Part shown: positions 9,866 through 18,720 of the stretch, one piece after another | Layout of the letters: each line of letters begins with the position of its first letter | Position numbering within the stretch: position 1 is the first letter of the stretch | NCBI GenBank assembly: GCA_963770565.1 | Contig: CAVYQE010000001.1 | Location: 992,001-1,056,000 of the forward strand | DNA: 64,000 nucleotides | Reading direction: 5' to 3' | Origin: an uncultured Actinomycetota bacterium | GTDB taxonomy: Bacteria; Actinomycetota; Actinomycetes; JAFAQI01 | Made by a program: the position numbers and the translations under genes | Notes under the pieces: model-generated | Databases searched by the model: none | What the model was told of the DNA's origin: nothing | What the model saw: only the letters and a program-made list of their open reading frames with translations

Positions 9866-10912
9866 CTAGTCGATCAGGAAGCGTTCGAGTGGCCGGCGCG
9901 GCTGCGCGGCCACCTGCGGTCCGTAGCCGATTCGAAGCAGGAGCTGTGGCACCGCTCCGCCCCCGAGGATGTCGCCGATCTGCGCGCGGGTCGCCGACAC
10001 CTCGATCGCCTGGTTGAGGAAGCCGACCGATAGCCCCGCCAGCGATGCCCGCAGGTGCGCCCGTGCCATCGCTCGACCGGCGTCGAGCCAGGCCGAGCGA
10101 TCATCGGCGGAGGTGGACAGGATCGCGATGACCGGTGAGGCCCCGACCAGGTCGATGTTGTGGGCGCCACGCTGTTTGCCGATATCGAAGGTGCGCACGA
10201 TCAAGGGGCTGGTGAGCGCGACCTCCTCGAGCGGCGACCGCACCGTGTAGCCGTGCAGACCGTCGCGCTGGCGGCTGAACGGGCGGCGCAGCCACGAGGC
10301 AAGCTCACGGCGGAACCGCAAGTCCGACATCTGCTCCCCGTCGGCGGCCGCGACCAGCGACGCGAGTGCCTGCCGATCGTCGGCCTCGGTGAACGGATGC
10401 AGTACGGCGCCTTCCGCGGCGGCCTCGGCGGCGAGCTCCGCGATCAATGCCTCCTCGACGGGGGTGTCGTCGAAGCCCGCATGGCTGGATCGCCGTTGGG
10501 TGATCTGGTCGAACAGCGGCTCGAGCGTCTCATCAGTCGACGCACCGGTGGCGACCGTTACCGCTGCGCAAGCCTCCGGATCCTTCGGATCCGGCCAGTC
10601 GTCCACCTGGGCTTGCAGTCCGAAGTGTGCAAGCGCGATCCGCAGCGTCATGATCGCGGCCCCGACGCTCATTGTTGCCTCGCGGTCGAGCGGATCGGCG
10701 ACGGCAAGGCCGCGGCTGACGTCGAGCCCCACCGTGACGGTGGTGTCGTCGACCTTGAACCACCAGGGCTGGCTGTTGTGCCCGCTCGCGGCGAGGACCG
10801 CGTATCTCAGGCAGAACTTGATGGCGTCCTCGACACTGCCGCGCGCCGGAAAGTCGGCCGCATCGGGGATCCAGTCGGGCTCGATCGGCGGCGGTGTGTT
10901 GGTCGTGGGCAC
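9866..10912 (-). CDS. Acg-family FMN-binding nitroreductase-like protein
   Basis: LAASGHNSQPW, SVGAA and PQLLLRIGYG motifs; GTG start at 10912 with GGAGGAG RBS. Confidence 0.88.
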   Translation of the reverse strand: MPTTNTPPPIEPDWIPDAADFPARGSVEDAIKFCLRYAVLAASGHNSQPWWFKVDDTTVTVGLDVSRGLAVADPLDREATMSVGAAIMTLRIALAHFGLQAQVDDWPDPKDPEACAAVTVATGASTDETLEPLFDQITQRRSSHAGFDDTPVEEALIAELAAEAAAEGAVLHPFTEADDRQALASLVAAADGEQMSDLRFRRELASWLRRPFSRQRDGLHGYTVRSPLEEVALTSPLIVRTFDIGKQRGAHNIDLVGASPVIAILSTSADDRSAWLDAGRAMARAHLRASLAGLSVGFLNQAIEVSATRAQIGDILGGGAVPQLLLRIGYGPQVAAQPRRPLERFLID

Positions 10913-11023
10913 TGGGTGGCTCCTCCGCTGCGTCGCCGCCAGGCCCCGAGAGGCGCAGCCGACGATGTCCACGAGCAGCATAAGCACTGCCGAAACCGGC
11001 TGCGGGTCCTTCGCAGAGCGGAA

Positions 11024-11040
11024 CGGGACGTTCGACCCTG
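11024..11040. promoter_or_regulatory. DosR-like box between divergent acg and usp
   Basis: CGGGACGTTCGACCCTG. Confidence 0.65.
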
Positions 11041-11092
11041 CTCATTCGGGTCCGGATCGGCTCAAAGTGGAAGGAGACCAAGGAGGCTCACC

Positions 11093-11515
11093 ATGACTGG
11101 ATCTGCACACCCCCCGGTCGTCGTGGTCGGTGTTGACGGTTCGACCGACTCAGACGCCGCGCTGGCGTGGGCGCAGCGCTATGCCCACGCGAATGGCGCA
11201 CTGCTCCAGGTCGTCGTCGCGTGGCATTGGCCGACGTCGTACGGCTTCCCGATCGGGTACGACGGTTACTCGCCCGAGGCGGATGCCCAGGACCTCGCGG
11301 ACAAGGCCGTCGCCGGCCTCGACCTACCGGACGAGCGGGTCCGGACCGTCGTGGTCGAGGGCTTTGCCGGCCCGACGCTGGTGAGTGCGAGCGAGCAGGC
11401 CGACCTGCTGGTCGTGGGTTGCCACGGTCACGGCGCGATGTCCAGCGTCCTGCTGGGCTCGGTCAGCGCGCATTGCGTGCATCACGCCAAGGTTCCGGTC
11501 GTCGTCGTCCGCTGA
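11093..11515 (+). CDS. Universal stress protein
   Basis: VVVGVDGS...ADLLVVGCHGHG...LLGSVS..CVHHA.VPVVVV; AGGAGG RBS. Confidence 0.93.
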   Translation: MTGSAHPPVVVVGVDGSTDSDAALAWAQRYAHANGALLQVVVAWHWPTSYGFPIGYDGYSPEADAQDLADKAVAGLDLPDERVRTVVVEGFAGPTLVSASEQADLLVVGCHGHGAMSSVLLGSVSAHCVHHAKVPVVVVR

Positions 11516-11533
11516 TCGCGGCTCGTCACGACG

Positions 11534-12271
11534 CTACGGCGTACGGCGTCGCAGCGTCGCTGCACCAAGGCCGACGGCAGCCAGGACGCTGCCCAGCACG
11601 ACCACGAGGTCGACCGCCAGCCCGCCGGACCATTGCTCGCCGTTGCCGACCCGGTGCATGGCGTCGATCGCGTAGCTCAACGGCAACACGTCGGACACGG
11701 CGTGCAGGACCGGAGCCATCTGGTTCCGCGGAATGAGCAGGCCGCCGAGCAGGATCTGCGGCAGCACGGTGGCCGGAAGGAACTGCACCGCCTGGAACTC
11801 GGTGCGGGCGAATGCCGACAGGAACAGGCCGAGGGCGGTGCCGAGCAGGGCGTTGCAGGTGGCGATCACCATGATCAGCACGACGCCGCCCGCGACCGTC
11901 ATGCCGAGCACGCCGAGCGACAGCGCGGTGGCCAGGCCGACCTGGACGATCGCCACGAGAGCGAAGGCGAGCGCGTAGCCGGCGATCAGGTCGAGCTTGG
12001 CAATCGGCATGGTGAGCAGTCGCTCGAGGGTCCCCGAGGTTCGCTCGCGCAATGTTGCGACCGATGTCACCACGAACATGGTTGTGAACGGGAAGATGCC
12101 GAGCAACTCCGGGCCGATCCGGTCGAAGACGAGCGGCGATCCGTTGAAGACGTAGCGCAACAGCGTCATCAGCACGCACGGCACGATCAGCAGCAATGCG
12201 ACCGTACGGGGATCGCGCCGGAGCTGGGTCAGCACGCGGCGGGTGGTGGCGATCGTCAGGCGAGGGTTCAT
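11534..12271 (-). CDS. ABC-2 type exporter permease
   Basis: LRRDPRTVALL and RERTSGTLERLL motifs; hydrophobic; coupled to the upstream ATPase. Confidence 0.9.
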   Translation of the reverse strand: MNPRLTIATTRRVLTQLRRDPRTVALLLIVPCVLMTLLRYVFNGSPLVFDRIGPELLGIFPFTTMFVVTSVATLRERTSGTLERLLTMPIAKLDLIAGYALAFALVAIVQVGLATALSLGVLGMTVAGGVVLIMVIATCNALLGTALGLFLSAFARTEFQAVQFLPATVLPQILLGGLLIPRNQMAPVLHAVSDVLPLSYAIDAMHRVGNGEQWSGGLAVDLVVVLGSVLAAVGLGAATLRRRTP

Positions 12272-12984
12272 GCCGAATCTCCGGCATCGGCGATCCGGAG
12301 GAAGGCATCCTCGACGTCGCTGCCACCGGTGCGCTCGAGCAGGCCGGCGGGCGTGTCGTCGGCGACGATCGTCCCATCGCGCATGAGCAACAACCGGTGG
12401 CAGCGTTCGGCTTCGTCCATGACGTGACTCGACACCACCAGCGAGACCCCGGACGCCGCGAGGTCGTGGAACAGCGCCCACAGGTCGCGGCGCAGGACCG
12501 GGTCGAGTCCGACCGTCGGCTCGTCGAGCACCAGCAGCTCCGGCCCACCGAGCAGCGCCGACGCCAGCGAGACCCTGGCCCGCTCGCCGCCGGACATGCT
12601 GTCGACCACCTGACCCATCCGGTCGCTGAGGTCGACCTGGTCGACCACCCGCGCGATGTCATCCGGCGTCGCGCCCAGGATCGTCGCGTAGTAGCGCAGG
12701 TTCTCCGAGAGGGTGATGTCGGTGTAAATCGCCGGTGACTGGGTCACGTAACCGATCCGCGATCGCAGGTCGGCTGATCCGGCCGGCCGGCCGAGCACCT
12801 CGACCGTGCCGCTCACGATGATCTGGACGCCGACCAGACAGCGCATCAGCGTGGTCTTTCCGCTTCCGCTCGGCCCGAGCAACCCGGTCACGGTGCCGGC
12901 TTCGACGCCGAAGGAGATCTTTCGCAGCACCTCGCGGCCCCCGCGCTCAACGACCAGGTCGGTGGTCGTGATGACTGCCGGCAC
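12268..12984 (-). CDS. ABC exporter ATP-binding protein
   Basis: GPSGSGKTT, MSGGERAR and LDEPTVGLD motifs. Confidence 0.92.
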   Translation of the reverse strand: MPAVITTTDLVVERGGREVLRKISFGVEAGTVTGLLGPSGSGKTTLMRCLVGVQIIVSGTVEVLGRPAGSADLRSRIGYVTQSPAIYTDITLSENLRYYATILGATPDDIARVVDQVDLSDRMGQVVDSMSGGERARVSLASALLGGPELLVLDEPTVGLDPVLRRDLWALFHDLAASGVSLVVSSHVMDEAERCHRLLLMRDGTIVADDTPAGLLERTGGSDVEDAFLRIADAGDSA

Positions 12985-13019
12985 GGTTGGGTGTCTGCCT
13001 TCCTTGGTCACCGTCGTCG

Positions 13020-13035
13020 AGGGACCTTCGGCCCT
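13020..13035. promoter_or_regulatory. DosR-like box between the ABC exporter and the usp cluster
   Basis: AGGGACCTTCGGCCCT. Confidence 0.72.
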
Positions 13036-13090
13036 AGTAGCGACAGCGATCGCGAGTGAGACTAGCGCCTGCCCATCTAGGAGGTCGGAC

Positions 13091-13513
13091 ATGACGGAGC
13101 CCAGAAACACGCCAGTCGTGGTGGTCGGAGTTGACGGTTCACCGGCCGCTGAGCGCGCCCTCGAATGGGCGACCGCGTACGCCGAGTCCGCCGGTGCGAC
13201 CCTGCGGGTTGTCTGCGCCTGGGCGTTGCCGACCTCGTTCGGCCGTCCGGTGCCGCACGAGGGCTATGAGCCCGCCGTCGCCGCTCGACAGGTCGTCGAG
13301 AAGGCAGTGGCCGGGCTAGGCCTTCCCGCGGACCGGATCGAGACACTGGCGCCGGTCGGATCGGCCGGCGAGGTGCTCGTGGACGTGAGCAAGGACACCG
13401 ACCTGCTCGTGGTAGGTCGCCACGGCCATCGCACCATCGTCAGCCACCTGCTCGGTTCAGTGAGTTCTTACTGCGCTCATCACGCCCAGGTCCCACTGGT
13501 CGTCATCCACTGA
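13091..13513 (+). CDS. Universal stress protein
   Basis: VVVGVDGS, DLLVVGRHGH and LLGSVS motifs; AGGAGG RBS. Confidence 0.93.
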   Translation: MTEPRNTPVVVVGVDGSPAAERALEWATAYAESAGATLRVVCAWALPTSFGRPVPHEGYEPAVAARQVVEKAVAGLGLPADRIETLAPVGSAGEVLVDVSKDTDLLVVGRHGHRTIVSHLLGSVSSYCAHHAQVPLVVIH

Positions 13514-13568
13514 CCCGACCGGGCGTCGCGGTCAACAGGCGAGAACTCAACACCAGCGAGGAGGAGCA

Positions 13569-13988
13569 ATGTCGAACGACCAGACCGGGACCATCGTCGT
13601 CGGGATCGACGGCTCGACCGAGAGCATCGCGGCGGTCAAGTGGGCCGAGCGCTATGCGACCGCCAGCGGCGCAACGCTGCAGCTCGCCATCGCCTGGCAG
13701 CACGCCATGGCGTACGGCCAGCCGATGATGTTCGAGGGATACCACCCGGAATCAGACGCGCAAGCGGTCGTCGACAAGGTCAAGGCCGATCTGAGCCTGC
13801 CGGCCGACCGGGTCGTGACCCGGACCGCGGAAGGGTCAGCCGGGGTCGTGTTGGTCGGGGCCAGTACAGGTGCGCTCGCGCTCGTGGTCGGCAGCCGGGG
13901 GCACAGCGGGGTCGACTCGCTCCTGCTCGGTTCGGTGAGCAGCTACTGCGTGCATCACGCTGCCTGCCCTGTCGTCATCGTCCGCTGA
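13569..13988 (+). CDS. Universal stress protein
   Basis: IVVGIDGS, VVGSRGH and LLGSVS motifs. Confidence 0.93.
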   Translation: MSNDQTGTIVVGIDGSTESIAAVKWAERYATASGATLQLAIAWQHAMAYGQPMMFEGYHPESDAQAVVDKVKADLSLPADRVVTRTAEGSAGVVLVGASTGALALVVGSRGHSGVDSLLLGSVSSYCVHHAACPVVIVR

Positions 13989-13995
13989 GCCGTTC

Positions 13996-14853
13996 ATGGC
14001 CGCCGATGCCGCAGCCGGCGGCCCTCAATCGCTGCCCGGGGTAGCTGAGCTGCTCGTCCCGGTGGACCTCTCGCACGCCTCATGGCGGGCGCTTCCGCTG
14101 GCGCGCTGGATCGGCGATGAGCTGTCGGCCGCAATCGTGCCGCTTTACGTCGACGCCACCTCGCCGGCCACCGGGTCGGAGACCGCGCGACCGGTCGTGC
14201 TCCGCACGAGCGTGGCCGGGACGGCGGTGGCAGTGCAGGTCCTCCCGGGACCGGACGCCGCCGAGGTGGTCGGGCAGCGCGCCCAGCGTCAGCCGGGCAG
14301 CGTGGTGGTCATGTCGACGCATGGTCACAGCTCGCATCCGGAGCTGGCCTGGGGCGAGCTGTGCGACCGCCTGCTGATGGAACACCGGGCCGGAATTCTC
14401 GTCGTCGGCCCGAACTTCGACGCCGACCGCAACGCCGCCGTCAAGCGCGTGGTGGTCTGTATCGACGCGGCCGCGCCGGACCACGAGATTGTGCAGGAAG
14501 CCCTCGCCTGGGCGGATCGGCTGAACGTGAGCTTGATCGTGGTGACGGTCAAGGGCCACGGCCGGTCCCGGCCGGGTGACGACGACACCTACCACGTGCT
14601 GGCATCGGTGTTCGAGGAGCTTCCGCCGGCGCGGGTCTCGGTGACCGCGGAAGCCCTCGATGACCTCGACGTCGCGCCTGCACTGTGCCGGTTTGCCGAG
14701 CGTCAGTCCGGAACATTGCTGGCGTTGGCGCCGGGTGCGGCACCGCGCGCGGTGCATGCGATGACGCACAGCGTGACGATGGCGGTCGCTCGCGAAACCC
14801 GCAGTCCGATGCTGCTTCGCTGGCATCGCGGCGAACCCGGCGATGTGCCGTGA
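13996..14853 (+). CDS. Tandem-domain USP-like protein (divergent)
   Basis: LLVPVDLSHASWRALP, VVMSTHG and second-domain VVVCID motifs. Confidence 0.75.
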   Translation: MAADAAAGGPQSLPGVAELLVPVDLSHASWRALPLARWIGDELSAAIVPLYVDATSPATGSETARPVVLRTSVAGTAVAVQVLPGPDAAEVVGQRAQRQPGSVVVMSTHGHSSHPELAWGELCDRLLMEHRAGILVVGPNFDADRNAAVKRVVVCIDAAAPDHEIVQEALAWADRLNVSLIVVTVKGHGRSRPGDDDTYHVLASVFEELPPARVSVTAEALDDLDVAPALCRFAERQSGTLLALAPGAAPRAVHAMTHSVTMAVARETRSPMLLRWHRGEPGDVP

Positions 14854-15350
14854 CAGCAGAACCCGCCGGCTCGGCCATCCCGGCCAGTGACTTCCCCGAG
14901 GCGCCATCCCGTTGGCACCGGGCGATCCGGGCGTGGCGGCACGAGACCGAAGAGATCGACCAGTTGGGCGATCGGATTGCTGACTCCGAGACCCGGGCGA
15001 TGATTCGCCGACTCGGCCAGTCATACCTGGAGAGCAGCGAGGCGGCGTTCGCCGGCGCGGCCCACTCCTCTGAGTTCGTGTCGGACCTGGCCTGGCTGGC
15101 GCTGGACTTCGAACGAGTCGGGGCGGGACGCCAGGCCGCGGTCGTCCTCGCGCGCTACCGCGAGCTGGCGGCGACGACGTACCCGCTGTCGTTGCTCCAC
15201 TTCTATGTGGGCTATCACGCGATCGTCCGGGCGCGTCTGTCGGTGATGCGCCGCGGCACGCGGCGCCCGCACGATGCTGAGGTACGCCGGATGGTCGAGA
15301 TCGCGGTCGAGCACCTGCGGCGCGCAGTCCGCGATGCAGTGCCGGCTTAG
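14850..15350 (+). CDS. Small protein resembling part of the Rv2004c-type aminoglycoside-phosphotransferase-like domain
   Basis: SDLAWLALDFERVG...LLHFYVGYHAIVRARL resembles that family's D.AFL.MDL..G/FY..YRA.VRAKV segment; GTGA overlap with the upstream gene. Confidence 0.55.
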   Translation: MTAEPAGSAIPASDFPEAPSRWHRAIRAWRHETEEIDQLGDRIADSETRAMIRRLGQSYLESSEAAFAGAAHSSEFVSDLAWLALDFERVGAGRQAAVVLARYRELAATTYPLSLLHFYVGYHAIVRARLSVMRRGTRRPHDAEVRRMVEIAVEHLRRAVRDAVPA

Positions 15351-15357
15351 TGGCTGG

Positions 15358-16017
15358 CTATTCCTCGATCGACTTGCGCTGGACCTCATGGGCCAGGACC
15401 GCCGCTTGGGTGCGCCGCTCGAGGCCGAGCTTGGCCAGCACGTTCGAGACATAGTTCTTGACGGTCTTCTCGGCAAGGAACATCCGCTCGCCGATCTGCC
15501 GGTTCGTCAGGCCCTCGCCGATCAGGTCGAGCACCTTGCGCTCCTGGTCGGACAGACCGGACAGGCGATCCCGGGTCTCGCCGTGGGTACGCAGCCGCTC
15601 CATCACCCGGCGGGTGGCGGTCGGGTCGAGCAGCGATCCACCGCCCGCAACGGTCCGGACCGCACCGACCAGGTCCGACCCGCGAATCTGCTTGAGGACG
15701 AAGCCCTGAGCGCCGGCCATGATGGCGTCGAGCATCGCCTCGTCGTCGGCGAACGACGTCAGCATGAGACATGCCAGCTCCGGCATGGCCGCACGCAGGT
15801 CGCGGCAGACGTTCACCCCGCTCCCATCCGGCAGCCGGACGTCGAGGATCACCACCTGCGGCCGCAGTGCGGGGACGCGGGCCAGGGCCTCCGATGCCGA
15901 GGACGCTTCACCGATGACGACGATGTCGCCATCGGCCTCCAGCATGTCCTTGACACCCCGACGGACGACCTCGTGGTCGTCACACAAGAACGCTCGGATG
16001 GGTTCGGTCACCCACAT
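15358..16017 (-). CDS. dosR: DosR/DevR-like NarL-family response regulator
   Basis: [28 protein letters not shown] and [23 protein letters not shown] motifs, nearly the same as DevR. Confidence 0.9.
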   Translation of the reverse strand: MWVTEPIRAFLCDDHEVVRRGVKDMLEADGDIVVIGEASSASEALARVPALRPQVVILDVRLPDGSGVNVCRDLRAAMPELACLMLTSFADDEAMLDAIMAGAQGFVLKQIRGSDLVGAVRTVAGGGSLLDPTATRRVMERLRTHGETRDRLSGLSDQERKVLDLIGEGLTNRQIGERMFLAEKTVKNYVSNVLAKLGLERRTQAAVLAHEVQRKSIEE

Positions 16018-16083
16018 ACCGTACGGCGAACGGCCGCGAGGGATCGGGATTGGACGTCAATCAGCCGGCCGGCCGGCGCTCGA

Positions 16084-16515
16084 CTAGGCGCTGACGGCTC
16101 CGGTGATCGCGCGGCCGGTGATGATTCCGGGCACGATCTTGACGAACATCGATCCATCGGCGGCACCTGCGCTGCTGAGCCCGAGCTCCACCGCACGCAG
16201 CCACTCGCTGGCGTACAGCACGGTCGCCGTGCCGACCACGACCACGCTCCAACCGGCCTCGGTAGACGGATCGAAGTCGTCGATCTCAAAGGCCACGATC
16301 GTGTTGCGGCAGGTGCGGTCGAGGAGGCCGCCCTGTTGGGTCCGGAAGACCACATTGGCGGAGTCCATGGCGTAGTTGACCGGCACGATCAGGGGCAGTG
16401 CGCCTTCGCTGACCGCGAGCCGGCCGAGCTGGTGCGCCTGCAGGCGCGTGACGCACTCGTCGCGGGACAGTTCGCGGACCGTATTGATCGGGGTGAGGTT
16501 CTCGGTGTTGTTCAT
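16084..16515 (-). CDS. Pyridoxamine 5'-phosphate oxidase-like protein
   Basis: ELSRDEC..L...GRLA...PVNY...VAFEID...GWSVVVVG motifs. Confidence 0.85.
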   Translation of the reverse strand: MNNTENLTPINTVRELSRDECVTRLQAHQLGRLAVSEGALPLIVPVNYAMDSANVVFRTQQGGLLDRTCRNTIVAFEIDDFDPSTEAGWSVVVVGTATVLYASEWLRAVELGLSSAGAADGSMFVKIVPGIITGRAITGAVSA

Positions 16516-16973
16516 CGGGTCGACCCGGCAAGAAGTGCGTCGTCGGAGGCGCACTCGCGACGGAGCCCGAAGTGGGCGACCGCGCGCAGGATGTCGCTGA
16601 TGGTGATCAGGCCGAGCAGCCGACCGCCGTCATCGACGACCGGGACCGCCTCGAGCCGCTCGGTGTTCATGAGCGAGGCGACGTGGGCCAGTGGAGAGGC
16701 GGGCAGGACGCACGAGGTCCGGTCGTGGAGCAGGGTGCGGATCGGCGTCGATCGCAACGCCGACGGGCCGCGCTGCCAGGCCTGGACCAGCACCCGGTCG
16801 TCGACGATTCCGATGCAACGCTCACCCGAAACCACCACAGCATGGTGAACGTGGCAGTTGATGAGCACCGACCAGGCATCCCAAATCGTCCCGGAGTCCT
16901 GAACCGTGACGACCGGTGATGTCATCACGTCGGCCGCCGTGACATCGCGGTACGGAGCGGCGATCGATGTCAT
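16512..16973 (-). CDS. CBS-domain protein
   Basis: ADVMTSPVVTV and VPVVDDGGRLLGLIT.SD motifs; GGAGG RBS. Confidence 0.88.
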   Translation of the reverse strand: MTSIAAPYRDVTAADVMTSPVVTVQDSGTIWDAWSVLINCHVHHAVVVSGERCIGIVDDRVLVQAWQRGPSALRSTPIRTLLHDRTSCVLPASPLAHVASLMNTERLEAVPVVDDGGRLLGLITISDILRAVAHFGLRRECASDDALLAGSTR

Positions 16974-17034
16974 GGCCTCCTCCGATCTTCGGTTGTTCCG
17001 CACTCTCAGCGTGCTCCTGATGGGGTTCCCGGGC

Positions 17035-17052
17035 TAGGTGCGCAGGTCCCGA
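17035..17052. promoter_or_regulatory. Weak DosR-like box between the divergent CBS genes
   Basis: TAGGTGCGCAGGTCCCGA; one half-site is strong. Confidence 0.45.
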
Positions 17053-17107
17053 ACAGACAGGACCAAGGTCGGTAGCGACCGCGCGCGAATGGTCGCACCA
17101 TGTGACT

Positions 17108-17599
17108 ATGACCACCGATGAGAAGGAGCACTGCGCGACCGAGGTGAACGTCAGCGCAGTGATGAGCCAGGCGCTGCTGACCGTTGATGCTTCCGAATCC
17201 GTGCTCATGGCGTACGAGCTGGCGAGCCGTGCCGGTATCCACCACGTCCCGGTCATGGCCCCGGACGGGCGCTGCGTCGGCGTGGTGGGCCTGGACGAGC
17301 TGCGGGTCTGGTCAATCGGACCGCTGGGACAGTCACGCCCCCCGGTCGGCGATCTGATCGACCGTGCGGACGCCCGGGTCACTCGGGCGGCAACGCTTCA
17401 GGAGGCCGCCGCGATGATGGCGGCACACCACACCGACGTCGTCCTGGTCGTCGAGGAAGATCGTCTTGTCGGCCTGCTGACCTGGCGCGACGTGGTGCGC
17501 TGGGTGGCCGGTCTCGCCGGAACCGATCACGGGACCCCGCGTAGCCGGCCGGTGCTGTTCTCGATCGACCCCGTGATCGCCCTGCCGGACCGATCGTGA
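17108..17599 (+). CDS. CBS-domain protein
   Basis: VMSQALLTV, HHVPV and LVGLLTWRD motifs. Confidence 0.85.
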   Translation: MTTDEKEHCATEVNVSAVMSQALLTVDASESVLMAYELASRAGIHHVPVMAPDGRCVGVVGLDELRVWSIGPLGQSRPPVGDLIDRADARVTRAATLQEAAAMMAAHHTDVVLVVEEDRLVGLLTWRDVVRWVAGLAGTDHGTPRSRPVLFSIDPVIALPDRS

Positions 17600-17607
17600 G
17601 CCTGCGC

Positions 17608-18579
17608 TCAGGCTGAGTCGGTACGCAGTACCTCGTCCGTGGGTCGTCGCCCGGTCGCCGGCGAGGCCGTTCCGTAGCCCATCCTCAGCACCATCTGCGG
17701 CCACCCGAGCAACCCGAGCTGGGCCCGCAGTTGCTGGCGGGGCGTCGGGTCGTCGATCACCTGATTGAGGGGCGAGGACACGATGCCGAGGCTGGCCGCG
17801 CGAAGCAGCAGGCGAGCCAGCCGCCGGCCGGCATTGAGCCAGTCGAGCTCCCGGTCGTTCGTGGTGCCGACGATGACGACCAGAGGCTTCTCGTCGACCA
17901 CCGGGGTCTCGCTGCCGGGTTCTGAGCCGCCCAGGTGGGCACCGAACTCGCGCTGGACATAGCTGAGGTGCCGCTCCGCGGTCCCCGGGACGGCGGCGTC
18001 GGGGATGCCGTCGGGCGCGTCGCCCTCCCGGCGCCACTGCCGGACCTCCTGCTCGTAGGCCGGGTCGGCGTGCTCGGCGGCGTCGGCGTGCTCGAGCAGC
18101 ACCATCAGCGCGATCGTGTCGTCGGGCCGGGTCACCGGCACCACCCAGGCGTCCGCGACCGCAGCGTCTTCGCGCAGGTCGTCGACGATCTCGGCCGGGA
18201 TCGGGCGCGGGTCGAACGGCGCCCGGACCGTCGTACGGATCGGGATTGCACGGATCAGCTCGGTGTCGACGGCATCGGGCGTCGTGTCGCCGGTAAGCGT
18301 CATCCGGGCCAGCAGGTCGGCGTCGGCCGGGCTGGGAAACGCCTCGATGTCCGCCGATCGACCCTGGGCGAGCAGGGCCAGCCGAAGGTGCTCGAGCGCT
18401 GCGCCGCAGCTGAGCACGAGCTGGCGCCCGGTCGGATCAAGCGCGGGCAGAGCGCGGGTGCGGTCGGCGCGGAGCTCGACGCCGCCATCGCTGGTCACGA
18501 ACCGCCACGGCTGGGTGTTGTGCACCGATGGAGCTCGGCCGGCGAGCTCGACCGCTGCCGTCCAGTCAACGGGGTTCAT
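17608..18579 (-). CDS. Acg-family nitroreductase-like protein
   Basis: RAPSVHNTQPW, LSCGAAL and PQMVLRMGYG motifs. Confidence 0.9.
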   Translation of the reverse strand: MNPVDWTAAVELAGRAPSVHNTQPWRFVTSDGGVELRADRTRALPALDPTGRQLVLSCGAALEHLRLALLAQGRSADIEAFPSPADADLLARMTLTGDTTPDAVDTELIRAIPIRTTVRAPFDPRPIPAEIVDDLREDAAVADAWVVPVTRPDDTIALMVLLEHADAAEHADPAYEQEVRQWRREGDAPDGIPDAAVPGTAERHLSYVQREFGAHLGGSEPGSETPVVDEKPLVVIVGTTNDRELDWLNAGRRLARLLLRAASLGIVSSPLNQVIDDPTPRQQLRAQLGLLGWPQMVLRMGYGTASPATGRRPTDEVLRTDSA

Positions 18580-18720
18580 GTGCCCCAGTCCACTCGGTCT
18601 TCGCCGCCCTGGCAAGGCACCGCCCGCGCGGTGCGATGGATGCAGCCGGTTCGCTGTCTGTGGCTATCGTGGCGGTGTGACCCAGATCTCTGTCACGCGG
18701 GGGGGAGCGTGGGGGTTTAG

